Positions 1 through 10,201 are shown, counted from the stretch's first letter. The stretch is DNA of 64,000 nucleotides from an uncultured Mycoplasmatota bacterium (GCA_900547465.1 URHJ01000001.1:20341-84340); one strand, 5' to 3'. A program made the numbers and translations. The notes: generated from the sequence alone by a model not told the origin.

Positions 1-1361
1 AATTCTTTCATAGCTGCTGTAACAGGTCTAATATTAATTAATGTCTTTGGAGTAACTTCTTCCATCTCTTGAGTAGTCATTCTCTCACGAATAACACGTT
101 CCATACGAGATACACCAATTCTAAATTGATTTTGTAAAAGTTCACCAACTTGACGAATACGTCTATTACCTAGGTGATCAATTTCATCAAAGTTACCAAC
201 ACCATGTAATAAGTTCAAATAATATGAAACAGAAGCAAAAACATCAGAAATAGTAAGACGTTTTTCATCAATAGTTTGGTCATTACCAATAACTATTAAT
301 TTTTTCTTCTTATCACTTGGATCTATAACTTTAATTTCTTGAACTTTATTATAATTATCTAACTCTTCATTAATTGAAACTTCTTTAACACCATAGTTAG
401 CTAAAACATCTTTTAAATCTTCAAGTAAAGCTTTAGTAAATACAGTACCCTTAGCACATTTAACTTCACCATCAACTACAATATCTTCAGCCAAAGTTTG
501 ACCTAATAAACGATCCATAATATTTAACTTACGATTAAACTTATAACGTCCAACACGAGCTAAATCATATCTAAATTCATCAAAGAATCTAGTAATAATT
601 TGGTTCTTAGAAGAATCTAGAGTTGCAGGTTCCCCTGGTCTTAACTTTTCATAAATCTCAATTAAAGCCTCATCAGTATTCTTTGTAGAATCTTTAGCTA
701 TAGTATTTTTTAAATATTCATCTTCTCCAAACATTTTGAAAATTTCTTCATCAGAAGATAAACCAAACGCACGAAGTAATGTAGTCAATGTAACCTTACG
801 AGTACGATCGATTCTTACATATAATACATCTCTAGCATCTGTTTCGAACTCTAACCAAGTACCACGTGTAGGTATAATTTGAGAAGTAATTAATTCACGT
901 CCATTTTTATCTATTTCATGATTAAAATAAACACTAGGAGAACGAACTAATTGAGAAACAATAACACGTTCAGCACCATTAATAACAAATGTTCCACTAT
1001 CTGTCATAATAGGCATATCACCCATAAATATTTCTTGTTCTTTAACTTCACCAGTTTCTTGATTGAATAGACGAACTTCTACTTTTAAAGGAGCAGAATA
1101 AGTAGTTTCTCTATCCTTACTTTCTTTTATAGAATATCTAGGTTCATCAAAATAATAATCACCAAACTCTAATTTTAATGTACCAGAAAAATTTTCCACT
1201 GGAAATAGATCTTCAAAAACCTCTTTAATTCCAGTAGTTTGAAACCAATCATATGATTTCTTTTGAATTTCAAGCAAATCTTTTAATTCATACGTATTTC
1301 TTATTTTTGAGAAATTTCTTCTTTCTCTATGGTCACCACATTTAACAATCTTATATGCCAC
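1..1361 (-). CDS. rpoB: DNA-directed RNA polymerase beta subunit, N-terminal part; gene continues past the window start
   Basis: Reverse-strand translation from the GTG at 1361 gives (M)AYKIVKCGDHRERRNFSKI...YDWF...GDMPIMTDSGTFVINGAERVIVSQLVRSP, a typical RpoB N-terminus. It lies after the rplL-methyltransferase pair, as in Bacillus. Confidence 0.9.
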   Translation of the reverse strand, partial: MAYKIVKCGDHRERRNFSKIRNTYELKDLLEIQKKSYDWFQTTGIKEVFEDLFPVENFSGTLKLEFGDYYFDEPRYSIKESKDRETTYSAPLKVEVRLFNQETGEVKEQEIFMGDMPIMTDSGTFVINGAERVIVSQLVRSPSVYFNHEIDKNGRELITSQIIPTRGTWLEFETDARDVLYVRIDRTRKVTLTTLLRAFGLSSDEEIFKMFGEDEYLKNTIAKDSTKNTDEALIEIYEKLRPGEPATLDSSKNQIITRFFDEFRYDLARVGRYKFNRKLNIMDRLLGQTLAEDIVVDGEVKCAKGTVFTKALLEDLKDVLANYGVKEVSINEELDNYNKVQEIKVIDPSDKKKKLIVIGNDQTIDEKRLTISDVFASVSYYLNLLHGVGNFDEIDHLGNRRIRQVGELLQNQFRIGVSRMERVIRERMTTQEMEEVTPKTLINIRPVTAAMKE

Positions 1362-1461
1362 TAAATTCACCCCAAACAATTAATTTTTTAAAGAACAAAA
1401 TCGCATTAAAAATAACACGTTGCCAATTTATATTATTAGCACAAAATTGAAAAGAAGTCAA

Positions 1462-2046
1462 TTAAAAACTACACTTTAATACGAAAAAGCCTTTTTTCTT
1501 TTCTAAGATTTCAACATCATAAATATTTTTAAGATCAGAAATCAATGATTTAGCACCCTGTTCTTTTCTAATAACTAAGAAAAGCTTACCTCCAGGTTCC
1601 AAATGTTCTTTTGCATTCATAACGATTTCATAGACAATCTTTTTACCAGCACGTATAGGTGGATTAGTAATAATAGTATTGTATTTAGAAGTAACATTAG
1701 AATAACAATTACTTTCAAATACATTAATATTATCACAACCGTTTTCTCCTATATTACGACGAGCAAGATGCATCGCCCTAAGATTAACATCCACCATATC
1801 AACAGAAACATGAAGTATTTTATTAAGAATTATTCCAAATACTCCATAACCACAACCCATATCAAGGACCTTTGCTCCAACCTCATCAAGCGGGATGGAT
1901 TCAAGAAGAAGTCTACTGCCAAAGTCCAAACCATCTTTTGAAAAAACACCATTATCAGTTAAAAAAACAAACTTCCTGCCCAATACAAAACATTCAGTTC
2001 TTCTAATTTCACTTGGTAAATTTTCATTTGTAAAATATTGTCCCAT
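1462..2046 (-). CDS. Class I SAM-dependent methyltransferase (small RsmC/YbxB-type rRNA methyltransferase)
   Basis: Has the GCGYG SAM-binding motif and an NPP(I/F) motif. It sits between rplL and rpoB, where B. subtilis has ybxB. Confidence 0.75.
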   Translation of the reverse strand: MGQYFTNENLPSEIRRTECFVLGRKFVFLTDNGVFSKDGLDFGSRLLLESIPLDEVGAKVLDMGCGYGVFGIILNKILHVSVDMVDVNLRAMHLARRNIGENGCDNINVFESNCYSNVTSKYNTIITNPPIRAGKKIVYEIVMNAKEHLEPGGKLFLVIRKEQGAKSLISDLKNIYDVEILEKKKGFFVLKCSF

Positions 2047-2067
2047 TTTTATCTCTCCAAATACAAA

Positions 2068-2105
2068 AAGAAAGAGATAACTTAAAATTAAATATAAGTT
2101 ATCTC
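2068..2105 (-). promoter_or_regulatory. Leader hairpin followed by a U-tract (attenuator-like) in the 5' UTR of the methyltransferase-rpoB unit
   Basis: 11-bp inverted repeat GAGATAACTTA (2074-2084) / TAAGTTATCTC (2095-2105) with a 10-nt loop. On the minus-strand transcript it is followed by CTTTCTTTTT, about 15 nt before the RBS (GGAGAGATAAAAATG). Confidence 0.35.
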
Positions 2106-2117
2106 CTTTCTGGACAT

Positions 2118-2146
2118 ATAATACACCATAGTATTAAAAAAGTCAA
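2118..2146 (-). promoter_or_regulatory. Putative sigma-A promoter for the methyltransferase-rpoB unit
   Basis: On the minus strand: -35 TTGACT (rc of 2141-2146), a 17-nt spacer, -10 TATTAT (rc of 2118-2123). Confidence 0.4.
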
Positions 2147-2148
2147 TA

Positions 2149-2177
2149 AAAAAACGGAAGTTTAATCACTCTTCCGC
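2149..2177 (-). terminator. Rho-independent terminator upstream of the methyltransferase promoter
   Basis: Minus strand reads CGGAAGAGTGATTAAACTTCCG followed by T7. Confidence 0.5.
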
Positions 2178-2686
2178 AAAACATCAAACATCCATTGCTA
2201 TAAATTAACTTAATCGTTAAATATCATTAATTCAAAAACAATCAACATTCAACTTTTTCTCAGAAAAATATGTGGTTAGCTAAGTCACATACTCTCTCGC
2301 GTTTATTTACATTATCTAAAATAATGAACGAGTATCATATCTCTCGTAAGTCATTCATTCGGAATTTAATTTCTTGTGATCTACATCTTTATAAATCACA
2401 GCAAATGCATTTGACTAGAAATAGATTAATATTTTCCAAATAGCCACTTACTCTAACATGGACTATAACGAAACCCAAAATGAATGTCTAAAAACATACC
2501 AACAATTCGGTATATTATATCATAAATGATAGCTACATACGAAATAAACCTATAATCGTTTATTGATACTTCTATCATTCACAATATTATTATAACATAT
2601 ATTTGTATTTTGTCAATAGTTTTTTTAATTTTTGTTATCACTTACTGTTTTTAATTTAATACCACGAAAAAATGACATATTTATAA

Positions 2687-2711
2687 ACAAAAAAAGGAGC
2701 ATACACTCCTT
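2687..2711 (-). terminator. Rho-independent terminator ending the type VII secretion module
   Basis: Minus strand reads AAGGAG-tgtatg-CTCCTT followed by T7, directly after the stop of the 2757..3062 gene. Confidence 0.6.
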
Positions 2712-2756
2712 AAAATTTAAATTATTTTCCAGACAATACTTACACTAAATATATAA

Positions 2757-3062
2757 CTAATTAAACATATCTGACAAATCACTTAAATCAATATCTTTTT
2801 CCTCTATTTTAACAGAATCATCGTTATTGATACTTTGTGAAGCTACAGGCTCAACATTACCAACATAACCACTAGATAAATCAGGTTCATCATCTAAAAT
2901 TTCAATAGTTGGCTTTTTATATTCCAAAATATTAACATCATTAGCATTAAGTGTATTAAATGCCTCAACCAACTCAGGAGGAGTATTTTCATCAACAATC
3001 AATCTCCCATTTGCATCTAAATAACGAGCCATATATTGTTTTTGAATCTCATCAAGTTCCAT
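2757..3062 (-). CDS. Small acidic hypothetical protein, last gene of the type VII secretion module
   Basis: 101 aa, strongly acidic, no TM segment. Follows the WXG100 gene with a 17-bp gap on the same strand. Confidence 0.5.
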   Translation of the reverse strand: MELDEIQKQYMARYLDANGRLIVDENTPPELVEAFNTLNANDVNILEYKKPTIEILDDEPDLSSGYVGNVEPVASQSINNDDSVKIEEKDIDLSDLSDMFN

Positions 3063-3079
3063 AACAAATCCCTCTCTTA

Positions 3080-3385
3080 CTAGTGTCTTTTAGATTTTTT
3101 CTTAGAAACTGCTTTTGAAAATGCAAGTTGATTATCCATATTTACTGCATAATTATAAGCAGCCTTATAATCAGCAATATTATTATTATGATTCCTTATT
3201 GCCTTATCAAACCAAGCTTTAGCATCTTCACCATTCCAATATGCTGATGTACCATCACCCATTACAAAAGATTTTAAAGCTCCATTCAATGCTACAATAT
3301 CACTATGTAAATTTCTTAAACGTGTATTTACATTTTTTAATTCAGCTTCCATTTTATTTATTTTTTTAATTCCTACTGTCTCCAT
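3080..3385 (-). CDS. esxA: WXG100-family (EsxA-like) secreted protein
   Basis: 101 aa, predicted helix-turn-helix. A central W-x-G (SAYWNGEDAKAW) sits near residue 51. Adjacent to EssC and YukD-like genes. Confidence 0.7.
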   Translation of the reverse strand: METVGIKKINKMEAELKNVNTRLRNLHSDIVALNGALKSFVMGDGTSAYWNGEDAKAWFDKAIRNHNNNIADYKAAYNYAVNMDNQLAFSKAVSKKKSKRH

Positions 3386-3397
3386 AATATCCCCTTC

Positions 3398-3841
3398 CTA
3401 GTTACCACTAAAGTTTACAGAACTAGAGTCACTTTTTGCATTGGCATTGTAAAATGCAACAAATTCAGGTTGAGTTTGAAGATACTTAAACATAACTTGT
3501 AAAGCTTCTTCATTCTCATCAACATTAAATGCTTCTTCCAATTCTTTTTTTCTGTTTGAAGTATATTTACCTTGGTTTATACAATTTTCAGATAATTTTT
3601 CCAAATTAGAAATCCATCTTTTCCCAGAAACACATTTTGATATCTCCTTAAAATCTCCACCAAGTCTTTGAAATCTCTTAGTAACATTATCATAATTATC
3701 AGAAATAGTTCTTTTTAGCTTATTAGCCATATCGTTATTAACCATATCTGAATCAACACTAACATATTGATTAGTTAAATTTGGGTCAAGTTTTAAAGCT
3801 TCTATATCTTGAACACCAGGCGCAGTTATTATACTTGCCAT
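3398..3841 (-). CDS. Hypothetical soluble protein in the type VII secretion module (possible substrate or chaperone)
   Basis: 147 aa, no TM, no recognisable motif. Gene context only. Confidence 0.45.
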   Translation of the reverse strand: MASIITAPGVQDIEALKLDPNLTNQYVSVDSDMVNNDMANKLKRTISDNYDNVTKRFQRLGGDFKEISKCVSGKRWISNLEKLSENCINQGKYTSNRKKELEEAFNVDENEEALQVMFKYLQTQPEFVAFYNANAKSDSSSVNFSGN

Positions 3842-4112
3842 ATCATCATTTCTCCCATCACTATTATAATCATCTTAAGTATAGCACACTATTCTATTTT
3901 GTCAATACTTATTCAGACCATTGTCTATAGCCATAGTACAATTGGTGTAAACTTTATTTTATGTAAAATTAACCAAATTTATATCAAAAAATAAAATTAC
4001 AGATTTAATAATTATAAGTTGCCATATTACATACGATAAGCATCAACTTAATATCCAAAAAGTTTTATATTACCACTAATAAAGTAATAACATTACTATA
4101 AAAAAGCCTTCA

Positions 4113-4139
4113 TAGTTCACTTTTTCATTTAGTGAACTA
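4113..4139 (-). terminator. Possible intrinsic terminator after the YukD-like gene
   Basis: Inverted repeat TAGTTCACT (4113-4121) / AGTGAACTA (4131-4139) with a 9-nt loop. On the minus transcript it is followed by ..AAGGCTTTTTT. Confidence 0.3.
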
Positions 4140-4197
4140 CAAAGGTATTATATCTGTTTCAGATTTTTTATACTTATTTTTAACTGGTATATAAAAA

Positions 4198-4497
4198 TTA
4201 CAATAACATCAATTTCATGCCATTAGTTATACCAGAAAATTTAACTAAATTATTAACATTAATTAAATATCCATCATATCTATATAAGTTTTCACTACCG
4301 CTTGTACTATAATCATCACCAACAAGATCTTTTACAGTCTTAATAATAATCTTTATTGCATCACTAACTTTAATACCTATTGGAATATTTAAATCATATT
4401 CTTCATCTAATCTAACAACATATATTGAAACTAACAATTTATTCATACACATCACCTTCCTACGATAAATCAAAAAGGTATTTTTTACAAAACACAA
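4198..4497 (-). CDS. esaB: YukD/EsaB-like ubiquitin-fold protein of type VII secretion
   Basis: About 80-99 aa. The true start is probably an internal M (MNKLL..). A beta-grasp-like pattern (IYVVRLDEEYDLNIPIGIKVSDAI...YRYDGYLIN...GMKLML) lies immediately downstream of essC. Confidence 0.6.
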   Translation of the reverse strand: MCFVKNTFLIYRRKVMCMNKLLVSIYVVRLDEEYDLNIPIGIKVSDAIKIIIKTVKDLVGDDYSTSGSENLYRYDGYLINVNNLVKFSGITNGMKLMLL

Positions 4498-4512
4498 TTA
4501 ATATTGAGATTT

Positions 4513-7500
4513 CTAAGATATAGTTGGTGTTTTCAACAATTCTGCTTCAGAATCCTTTATAACAACTGCATTATCAGCTGCCACATCTCCAGAGTTTCTA
4601 AAATATGATGTTTCAAAAAATTCTTGAGAATCAAAATTTTGTCCAATCCATATACCATTTTGATTATCAATTATATTAGATAAACTACCATCAAGTAAGT
4701 TAGGAATATCTCTAAATGAATCATAAATAATATATTTAAACGAATTATTTTTAGTTTCTAAAATCAAATCATCAATTAGTTTAACTTCGTTATTATTACT
4801 CTTTTGTTCATTTAAATACCTAGATAAATTTGAATATCCAATAATCACTATAGTAAACAATTTTTCATTTGCATTCTGATTAAATTTCTGAACATTATTT
4901 AATAAAATTGGTACTATTTTTGTAAAGCTGGAATCATAATATTTTATATTTTCAGTGTGTGATATAGAAATTTCAGAAGCATTTAAAACAATAACATTAT
5001 TATTTTGACATTTAGCAAGAATGTCTATAAAATGATTAAAAAATTTACTAACTTGTTTCTCTTCACTACCGGACATCAAATTAACTATATTAGAAAAATT
5101 ATAATATCCAATCTGTGCAGTAGTTGTATTAATTCCAATTGGTACATTATCTAATGTAGTAATATCTTTTTCAATATATTTAATGCTCAATCTTCTAGGA
5201 ACAGTCGGAATTTCAGGAGCTTTTACTTTCATCACTTCATTCAACTTACCAATAACAAAATCAAGATTTTTCTTTTCATCACTTTCCGAAAATATTAAAG
5301 CCGTTTGGAATTCCATACATTGTTCATTAACCAAAACTAAACCTCGTCCTGGATTCTTTGATGGAATCTTTTTTGTTGAAAAGATATAACTATATTCTGA
5401 AGAATCATTCATATTCAATGCTATATTTTGTGGGAAATTATTACTAACAGATACAGTTAATGCACCTGTTTCAACAGATGATACAATAAAGTTTATTCCA
5501 TATTTGCTACAACTTCTTGTAGTTGATTCAAATAACTCATCATAACAATCAGAAAATTCCTCTCTAAACACTTCCATACCATAAATAAATACTAAAATAT
5601 TAGGAAAATGTCTAGTACCATTCTTCATATCATAACTAAAATCTCCACCATTTTTAGAATAGAATTCTTTTCTTCTATCAATTTCACTTGATACTAACCA
5701 AAATAAATAATTTACTTTTCTTTTATCATTAATTCCAATAACTTCTCCCACCTGAGGTGCACCAGAAAATTTTCTAAGTTTTTCCGCACCCAAGTCGATA
5801 ACATAAACATTTACTTCATTTACATTATAATTAATTATTGTTGAATAAAGCATAGTTGACATCAACGTACACTTTCCCATACCAGAAGAACCTACAATAA
5901 AAGTATTTCCCACATCAGATAAAGACATAGTAACAAAACCCTGCTTTTGATTTTCTGGATCATCATACTCACCAATAATTGCCTCTATTACAGATTTACT
6001 TGGTGTAAATTTATATTTCTGAACAATATCACTATAATAAATAAGATTAGGAACATTATCTAACCACAATTGATTATACTTATAATTATTTTCGTTTGCT
6101 ATTTTAACAATATAGTTCAAAATATTATTTAATTCTTCACCATATTTTACCTTAGTATTATCAACATCATTTTTTTGAACTGCAGATTTATAAACACTAC
6201 CCATATTATTTATAAAAGATATAGAATTATCAAGTTTAGACATAGCCTTTGATGTAGGAACATATTGTACACCTGAATAACCAGATTGTCCTAACACAAA
6301 GTACTGATCATAACCTACTAATAAATAAAATCTACCAGATTCCTTAATTGATGCAGCATCAGGTCTCATAATCATTTCATTACTATCTTCCGCAGTCTGA
6401 ACTTTACAACACACTTTAAATTTTGAGTTAGACCAAATTTGATCATTAACAACTCCACTAGGTTTTTGTGTTGCCAGAATTAAATGTATACCTAAAGAAC
6501 GACCTATACGAGCCGCACTAACAAGTTCGTCCATAAAATCAGGTTGTTGCTCCTTTAATTCAGCAAACTCATCACAAATAATAAATAAATGAGACATTGG
6601 ATCTTTTAAAGTTCCTTCTCTAACTAACTGTTGATATTTATATATATCAATACTACCAGTATTTAATTCTTCTTTTGCTTCGTTAAACTTTCTTTGTCTA
6701 CGTTGTAATTCACTTTTTATTGAAACCAGAGTTCTATTCATTTCGGATTTATCTAAGTTAGTAATTGTTCCCACTAAATGAGGTAACTTTATACCAGTTT
6801 TACGATTTTCAAATGCTCCAGCAAGTCCACCACCTTTATAATCAATTAAAACAAATTGAACTTCATCAGGATTATAATTAACAGCAAGAGACAAAATATA
6901 TGTAATTATAAATTCAGACTTACCACTACCTGTCATTCCAGCTACTAAACCATGGGGACCATGAAATTTTTCATGTAAATCTAAATATAATGTATTACCA
7001 TTTGGATCTACACCAACCGGAGCAGCCAATGAATTAATAATATCAGAAGTATTCCAACGATTAACTATATTCAATTGATCCAAATTACCAACATTATACA
7101 TTTCCAAGAATCCAAGTTTATCAGGTAAAGTTCCACTTGAATTGGAACTGATCTTTATAGGAATATTTGATAATGTATAAATACAACGATCATAATCAAT
7201 AGTTGAATCTAAAAGCTGAGGAATAAATTTTAACGTTCCGTCTTCTTCCATTTCTGATTCAAAATATGAAGCTTCATTATTTGTGTAAGAAATAAATTTT
7301 TTACATCCCATAGGAATTTCTATCATTTTATCACTAAACATAATTAAACTAAAATTAGCATTATGATTACCCAACATAACCTTTTCGATGATGGACAAAT
7401 TTTTATACTTATCTATAGCATCAGAAACAATCAAAAAATAAGATGTCATAACATTATTACTGATTTTTTCTTTATTAGAATCGTATATTTTACATAATTC

Positions 7501-9060
7501 ACTTGATAAATTTTCAGCCTCTCTAGAATTAGAAGCAAAGAATCTCAAACTTCTATCATTACTCCAACAATGATTCAAATTTTTAATTTTATTTAACCCA
7601 GAAAATTCATCTGTTAAAATAACAAGCTTCAAATCTGAATAGTCGTGTAATGTAATAAGTTGAAGCAAGATTGATCCCAAAAACATATCATAATCACCAT
7701 TATTGTTTATAAATGCGATTGAATTATTTTTTAAGTTAATCGTAAAGGGAGCATCATCAATATATTTATATTTATCAATTAAGGCATCTATTTTATCTAA
7801 TAATTTATCATTATCTATTATCAACTCAGGTCTTTCATATTTAAAATCAACATTAGATTTTATTTTACCAACCCCAAGTTTAACATTTAAAAAAAAGTTT
7901 GAACTAGAATTTCTTGAAAACAAATATGCAGTCTTTTTTAAGATAGCATCTTGACATTCATTTAATGATAAATTATTAAATTCTAACACCGTTCTTTGCT
8001 CTGTAACATACTCAATCAATTTCTTCTCTTTTCTTTTTAAATAACGCTTATATGTTACTACTCTAACCTTTTCGGTTATAAATGATCTTATTTTGTTTAC
8101 AAAAGATTCAACCACAGGCCAGATAATACCAGTAAATAACATCACAACACACATCACAAGTGAAGTCACTAAAGATTCTTTATCAGACCTTCCTGATTTA
8201 TAACCTTGTATTGAATAATAAGTTGATACCACAGAGGTAATACTCATCAATACCGTAGGAACCATTTGAAAAATAAGCCCTTCTGTTTCTTTTTTTTCTT
8301 TAGTACCTGGTGCTACAAAATTAAAACTATAAGTTTTTTCTTTTTTTCTAAATACAGTTGATTTAGAAAAATAATCCTTTTTTTCATAGAAATCTTTTAC
8401 ATTTTCATTTGAACTAATATTATTTATAGCATATTGACACTTATTTTCTGAAACAACTTTAGAATTATAGCAATTAATAGTAGTTTTACCAGGAAAAAAT
8501 ATTAACTTATTTGCTAGAATCACTATCCTAACTCCCATAACAAAAATATTATCAAAACTATATAAAAAACAATTGTTATTTCTTTTTTTATTAACATAAA
8601 TTGGAACATCAGTATTTAAGTTGTTGAGTTGCCATACATTTGAATTATAAGTAAGTTCCAATTGTTGCTGTGAAATATTTGGACTAGTCAAAATTAAATC
8701 ACATTTATTATCACTTCCTAATATTAACTTAGTTTCTTCCTGAACAGTATAAAAACAATAGTTAGGATCATCACCTGGAACTACGTACAACAATATATTT
8801 TCCTTATTTAAATAATTTAAATTATAAAACATATATTCATCAACAAAAGTTGACTGAACCGCATCAGAGCCAACAAAAACCGATACCTCTTCATTAGAAT
8901 TAATAATCCACTTTCCATCTTTTTCCTGAATATTTGTTAAATTTCTAACATGACCTTCATCATCAATATCTGTTAATACATAATTACCAGAAACTTCTTT
9001 AGGAAGCCTAAATGTATAAATTTTATCGCTATGTAATATATATATTAACATATCAGTCAC
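4513..9060 (-). CDS. essC: Type VII secretion FtsK/SpoIIIE-family ATPase EssC/YukB
   Basis: 1515 aa. N-terminal FHA-like region, a TM segment near residues 290-330, then repeated P-loop ATPase domains (Walker A motifs GMTGSGKSE and GSSGMGKCT). Flanked by YukD-like and WXG100 genes. Confidence 0.85.
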   Translation of the reverse strand: MTDMLIYILHSDKIYTFRLPKEVSGNYVLTDIDDEGHVRNLTNIQEKDGKWIINSNEEVSVFVGSDAVQSTFVDEYMFYNLNYLNKENILLYVVPGDDPNYCFYTVQEETKLILGSDNKCDLILTSPNISQQQLELTYNSNVWQLNNLNTDVPIYVNKKRNNNCFLYSFDNIFVMGVRIVILANKLIFFPGKTTINCYNSKVVSENKCQYAINNISSNENVKDFYEKKDYFSKSTVFRKKEKTYSFNFVAPGTKEKKETEGLIFQMVPTVLMSITSVVSTYYSIQGYKSGRSDKESLVTSLVMCVVMLFTGIIWPVVESFVNKIRSFITEKVRVVTYKRYLKRKEKKLIEYVTEQRTVLEFNNLSLNECQDAILKKTAYLFSRNSSSNFFLNVKLGVGKIKSNVDFKYERPELIIDNDKLLDKIDALIDKYKYIDDAPFTINLKNNSIAFINNNGDYDMFLGSILLQLITLHDYSDLKLVILTDEFSGLNKIKNLNHCWSNDRSLRFFASNSREAENLSSELCKIYDSNKEKISNNVMTSYFLIVSDAIDKYKNLSIIEKVMLGNHNANFSLIMFSDKMIEIPMGCKKFISYTNNEASYFESEMEEDGTLKFIPQLLDSTIDYDRCIYTLSNIPIKISSNSSGTLPDKLGFLEMYNVGNLDQLNIVNRWNTSDIINSLAAPVGVDPNGNTLYLDLHEKFHGPHGLVAGMTGSGKSEFIITYILSLAVNYNPDEVQFVLIDYKGGGLAGAFENRKTGIKLPHLVGTITNLDKSEMNRTLVSIKSELQRRQRKFNEAKEELNTGSIDIYKYQQLVREGTLKDPMSHLFIICDEFAELKEQQPDFMDELVSAARIGRSLGIHLILATQKPSGVVNDQIWSNSKFKVCCKVQTAEDSNEMIMRPDAASIKESGRFYLLVGYDQYFVLGQSGYSGVQYVPTSKAMSKLDNSISFINNMGSVYKSAVQKNDVDNTKVKYGEELNNILNYIVKIANENNYKYNQLWLDNVPNLIYYSDIVQKYKFTPSKSVIEAIIGEYDDPENQKQGFVTMSLSDVGNTFIVGSSGMGKCTLMSTMLYSTIINYNVNEVNVYVIDLGAEKLRKFSGAPQVGEVIGINDKRKVNYLFWLVSSEIDRRKEFYSKNGGDFSYDMKNGTRHFPNILVFIYGMEVFREEFSDCYDELFESTTRSCSKYGINFIVSSVETGALTVSVSNNFPQNIALNMNDSSEYSYIFSTKKIPSKNPGRGLVLVNEQCMEFQTALIFSESDEKKNLDFVIGKLNEVMKVKAPEIPTVPRRLSIKYIEKDITTLDNVPIGINTTTAQIGYYNFSNIVNLMSGSEEKQVSKFFNHFIDILAKCQNNNVIVLNASEISISHTENIKYYDSSFTKIVPILLNNVQKFNQNANEKLFTIVIIGYSNLSRYLNEQKSNNNEVKLIDDLILETKNNSFKYIIYDSFRDIPNLLDGSLSNIIDNQNGIWIGQNFDSQEFFETSYFRNSGDVAADNAVVIKDSEAELLKTPTIS

Positions 9061-9140
9061 CCACTTCTATATTCTAACGAAATTATAGCATATAAAACAA
9101 AAAAATAGAAGACAAACTAAAAATATTTAATTAAAATTCA

Positions 9141-9169
9141 AAAAAAAAGAAGTTAAATTACTTAACTTC
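9141..9169 (-). terminator. Intrinsic terminator overlapping the rplL stop codon
   Basis: GAAGTTAA (9149-9156) / TTAACTTC (9162-9169) with a 5-nt loop, followed on the minus transcript by U8 (rc of the A-run at 9141-9148). The stem is AT-rich and therefore weak. Confidence 0.4.
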
Positions 9170-9526
9170 TACTTCAGCTCCAGCTTCTTCAAGCTTAGAT
9201 TTAATTTCATTAGCTTCATCAACAGAAATGTTTTCTTTAACAACACCGTTATTATCAACGATATCTTTAGATTCTTTTAATCCTAATCCAGTAATTTCAC
9301 GAACTACTTTGATAACTGCAACTTTTGCAGAACCAGCAGAAGCTATTGATACAGTTACTGTAGAAGGAGCAGCATCTTGAGCATCTCCAGCAGCAGGAGC
9401 AGCAACAGCTACAGCTGATGGATCAACACCAAATTCTTCCTTCATTGCATCTACTAATTCTTTAATTTCTAATAAATTCATTTCTTTTAAACTACTAATA
9501 AAATCTTCTTTTGTTAATTTTGCCAT
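9158..9526 (-). CDS. rplL: 50S ribosomal protein L7/L12
   Basis: 122 aa. Starts [34 protein letters not shown], has the Ala-rich hinge, ends ..EAGAEVEVK. Confidence 0.95.
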   Translation of the reverse strand: MAKLTKEDFISSLKEMNLLEIKELVDAMKEEFGVDPSAVAVAAPAAGDAQDAAPSTVTVSIASAGSAKVAVIKVVREITGLGLKESKDIVDNNGVVKENISVDEANEIKSKLEEAGAEVEVK

Positions 9527-9549
9527 TTTATTTTCCTCCTATTTTATAA

Positions 9550-10044
9550 TTAATTTTCTTCTTTTTGTTGACTATATAAGTCTAAGCAGATAGATAAATC
9601 TCTTGGGATTCCCATCATACCACCAGCAAGCATTGTAAGTAATCCTTCTCTTGAAGGAATAGTAGCATATTCTGAAAGTTTTGCTTGATCAGCAATCTCT
9701 CCATCAACAATCCCTACTTTTAATACTAGTGCTGGATGTTCCTTAGCAAAGTCAGTTAAAATCTTAATAGCTGCTACTTGATCATTACTATATGCAAAAG
9801 CACTAGGACCAACTAAACTATCATTAAGATCAATCTTTAAATCATTAAAAGCTCTAGCCATCAATGTATTTTTATATACTTTATAATCAGAACCAGATTC
9901 TCTTAACTTAATACGTAATTCTTTAGCTTCACCATCAGTAATACCACGATAATCAAATAACACGATTGAATTAGCTTCTTCAACATGATTTTTAATTTCA
10001 TCTATTACCTTTTGCTTAGCTTCTAGAATCTTAACATTTGCCAT
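9550..10044 (-). CDS. rplJ: 50S ribosomal protein L10
   Basis: 164 aa. Conserved rplJ-rplL order. Confidence 0.9.
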   Translation of the reverse strand: MANVKILEAKQKVIDEIKNHVEEANSIVLFDYRGITDGEAKELRIKLRESGSDYKVYKNTLMARAFNDLKIDLNDSLVGPSAFAYSNDQVAAIKILTDFAKEHPALVLKVGIVDGEIADQAKLSEYATIPSREGLLTMLAGGMMGIPRDLSICLDLYSQQKEEN

Positions 10045-10201
10045 AATACACCTCCTATTATATTAACATTTAGGGATGCCATAAAAAAGAGCTCAAGAAT
10101 AGACATCAAGAACTCTAATACTTTGTAAGTCCTCGGTAGGATTTATAAACACCTACTGTCTATGGCACCAATAAATTGTTTTTAGTATACTATATATTTA
10201 A
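10045..10201 (-). promoter_or_regulatory. Probable rplJ (L10) leader / autoregulatory region
   Basis: 157-nt non-coding gap between rplA and rplJ, where Firmicutes carry the L10 leader. Structure not verified. Confidence 0.25.
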
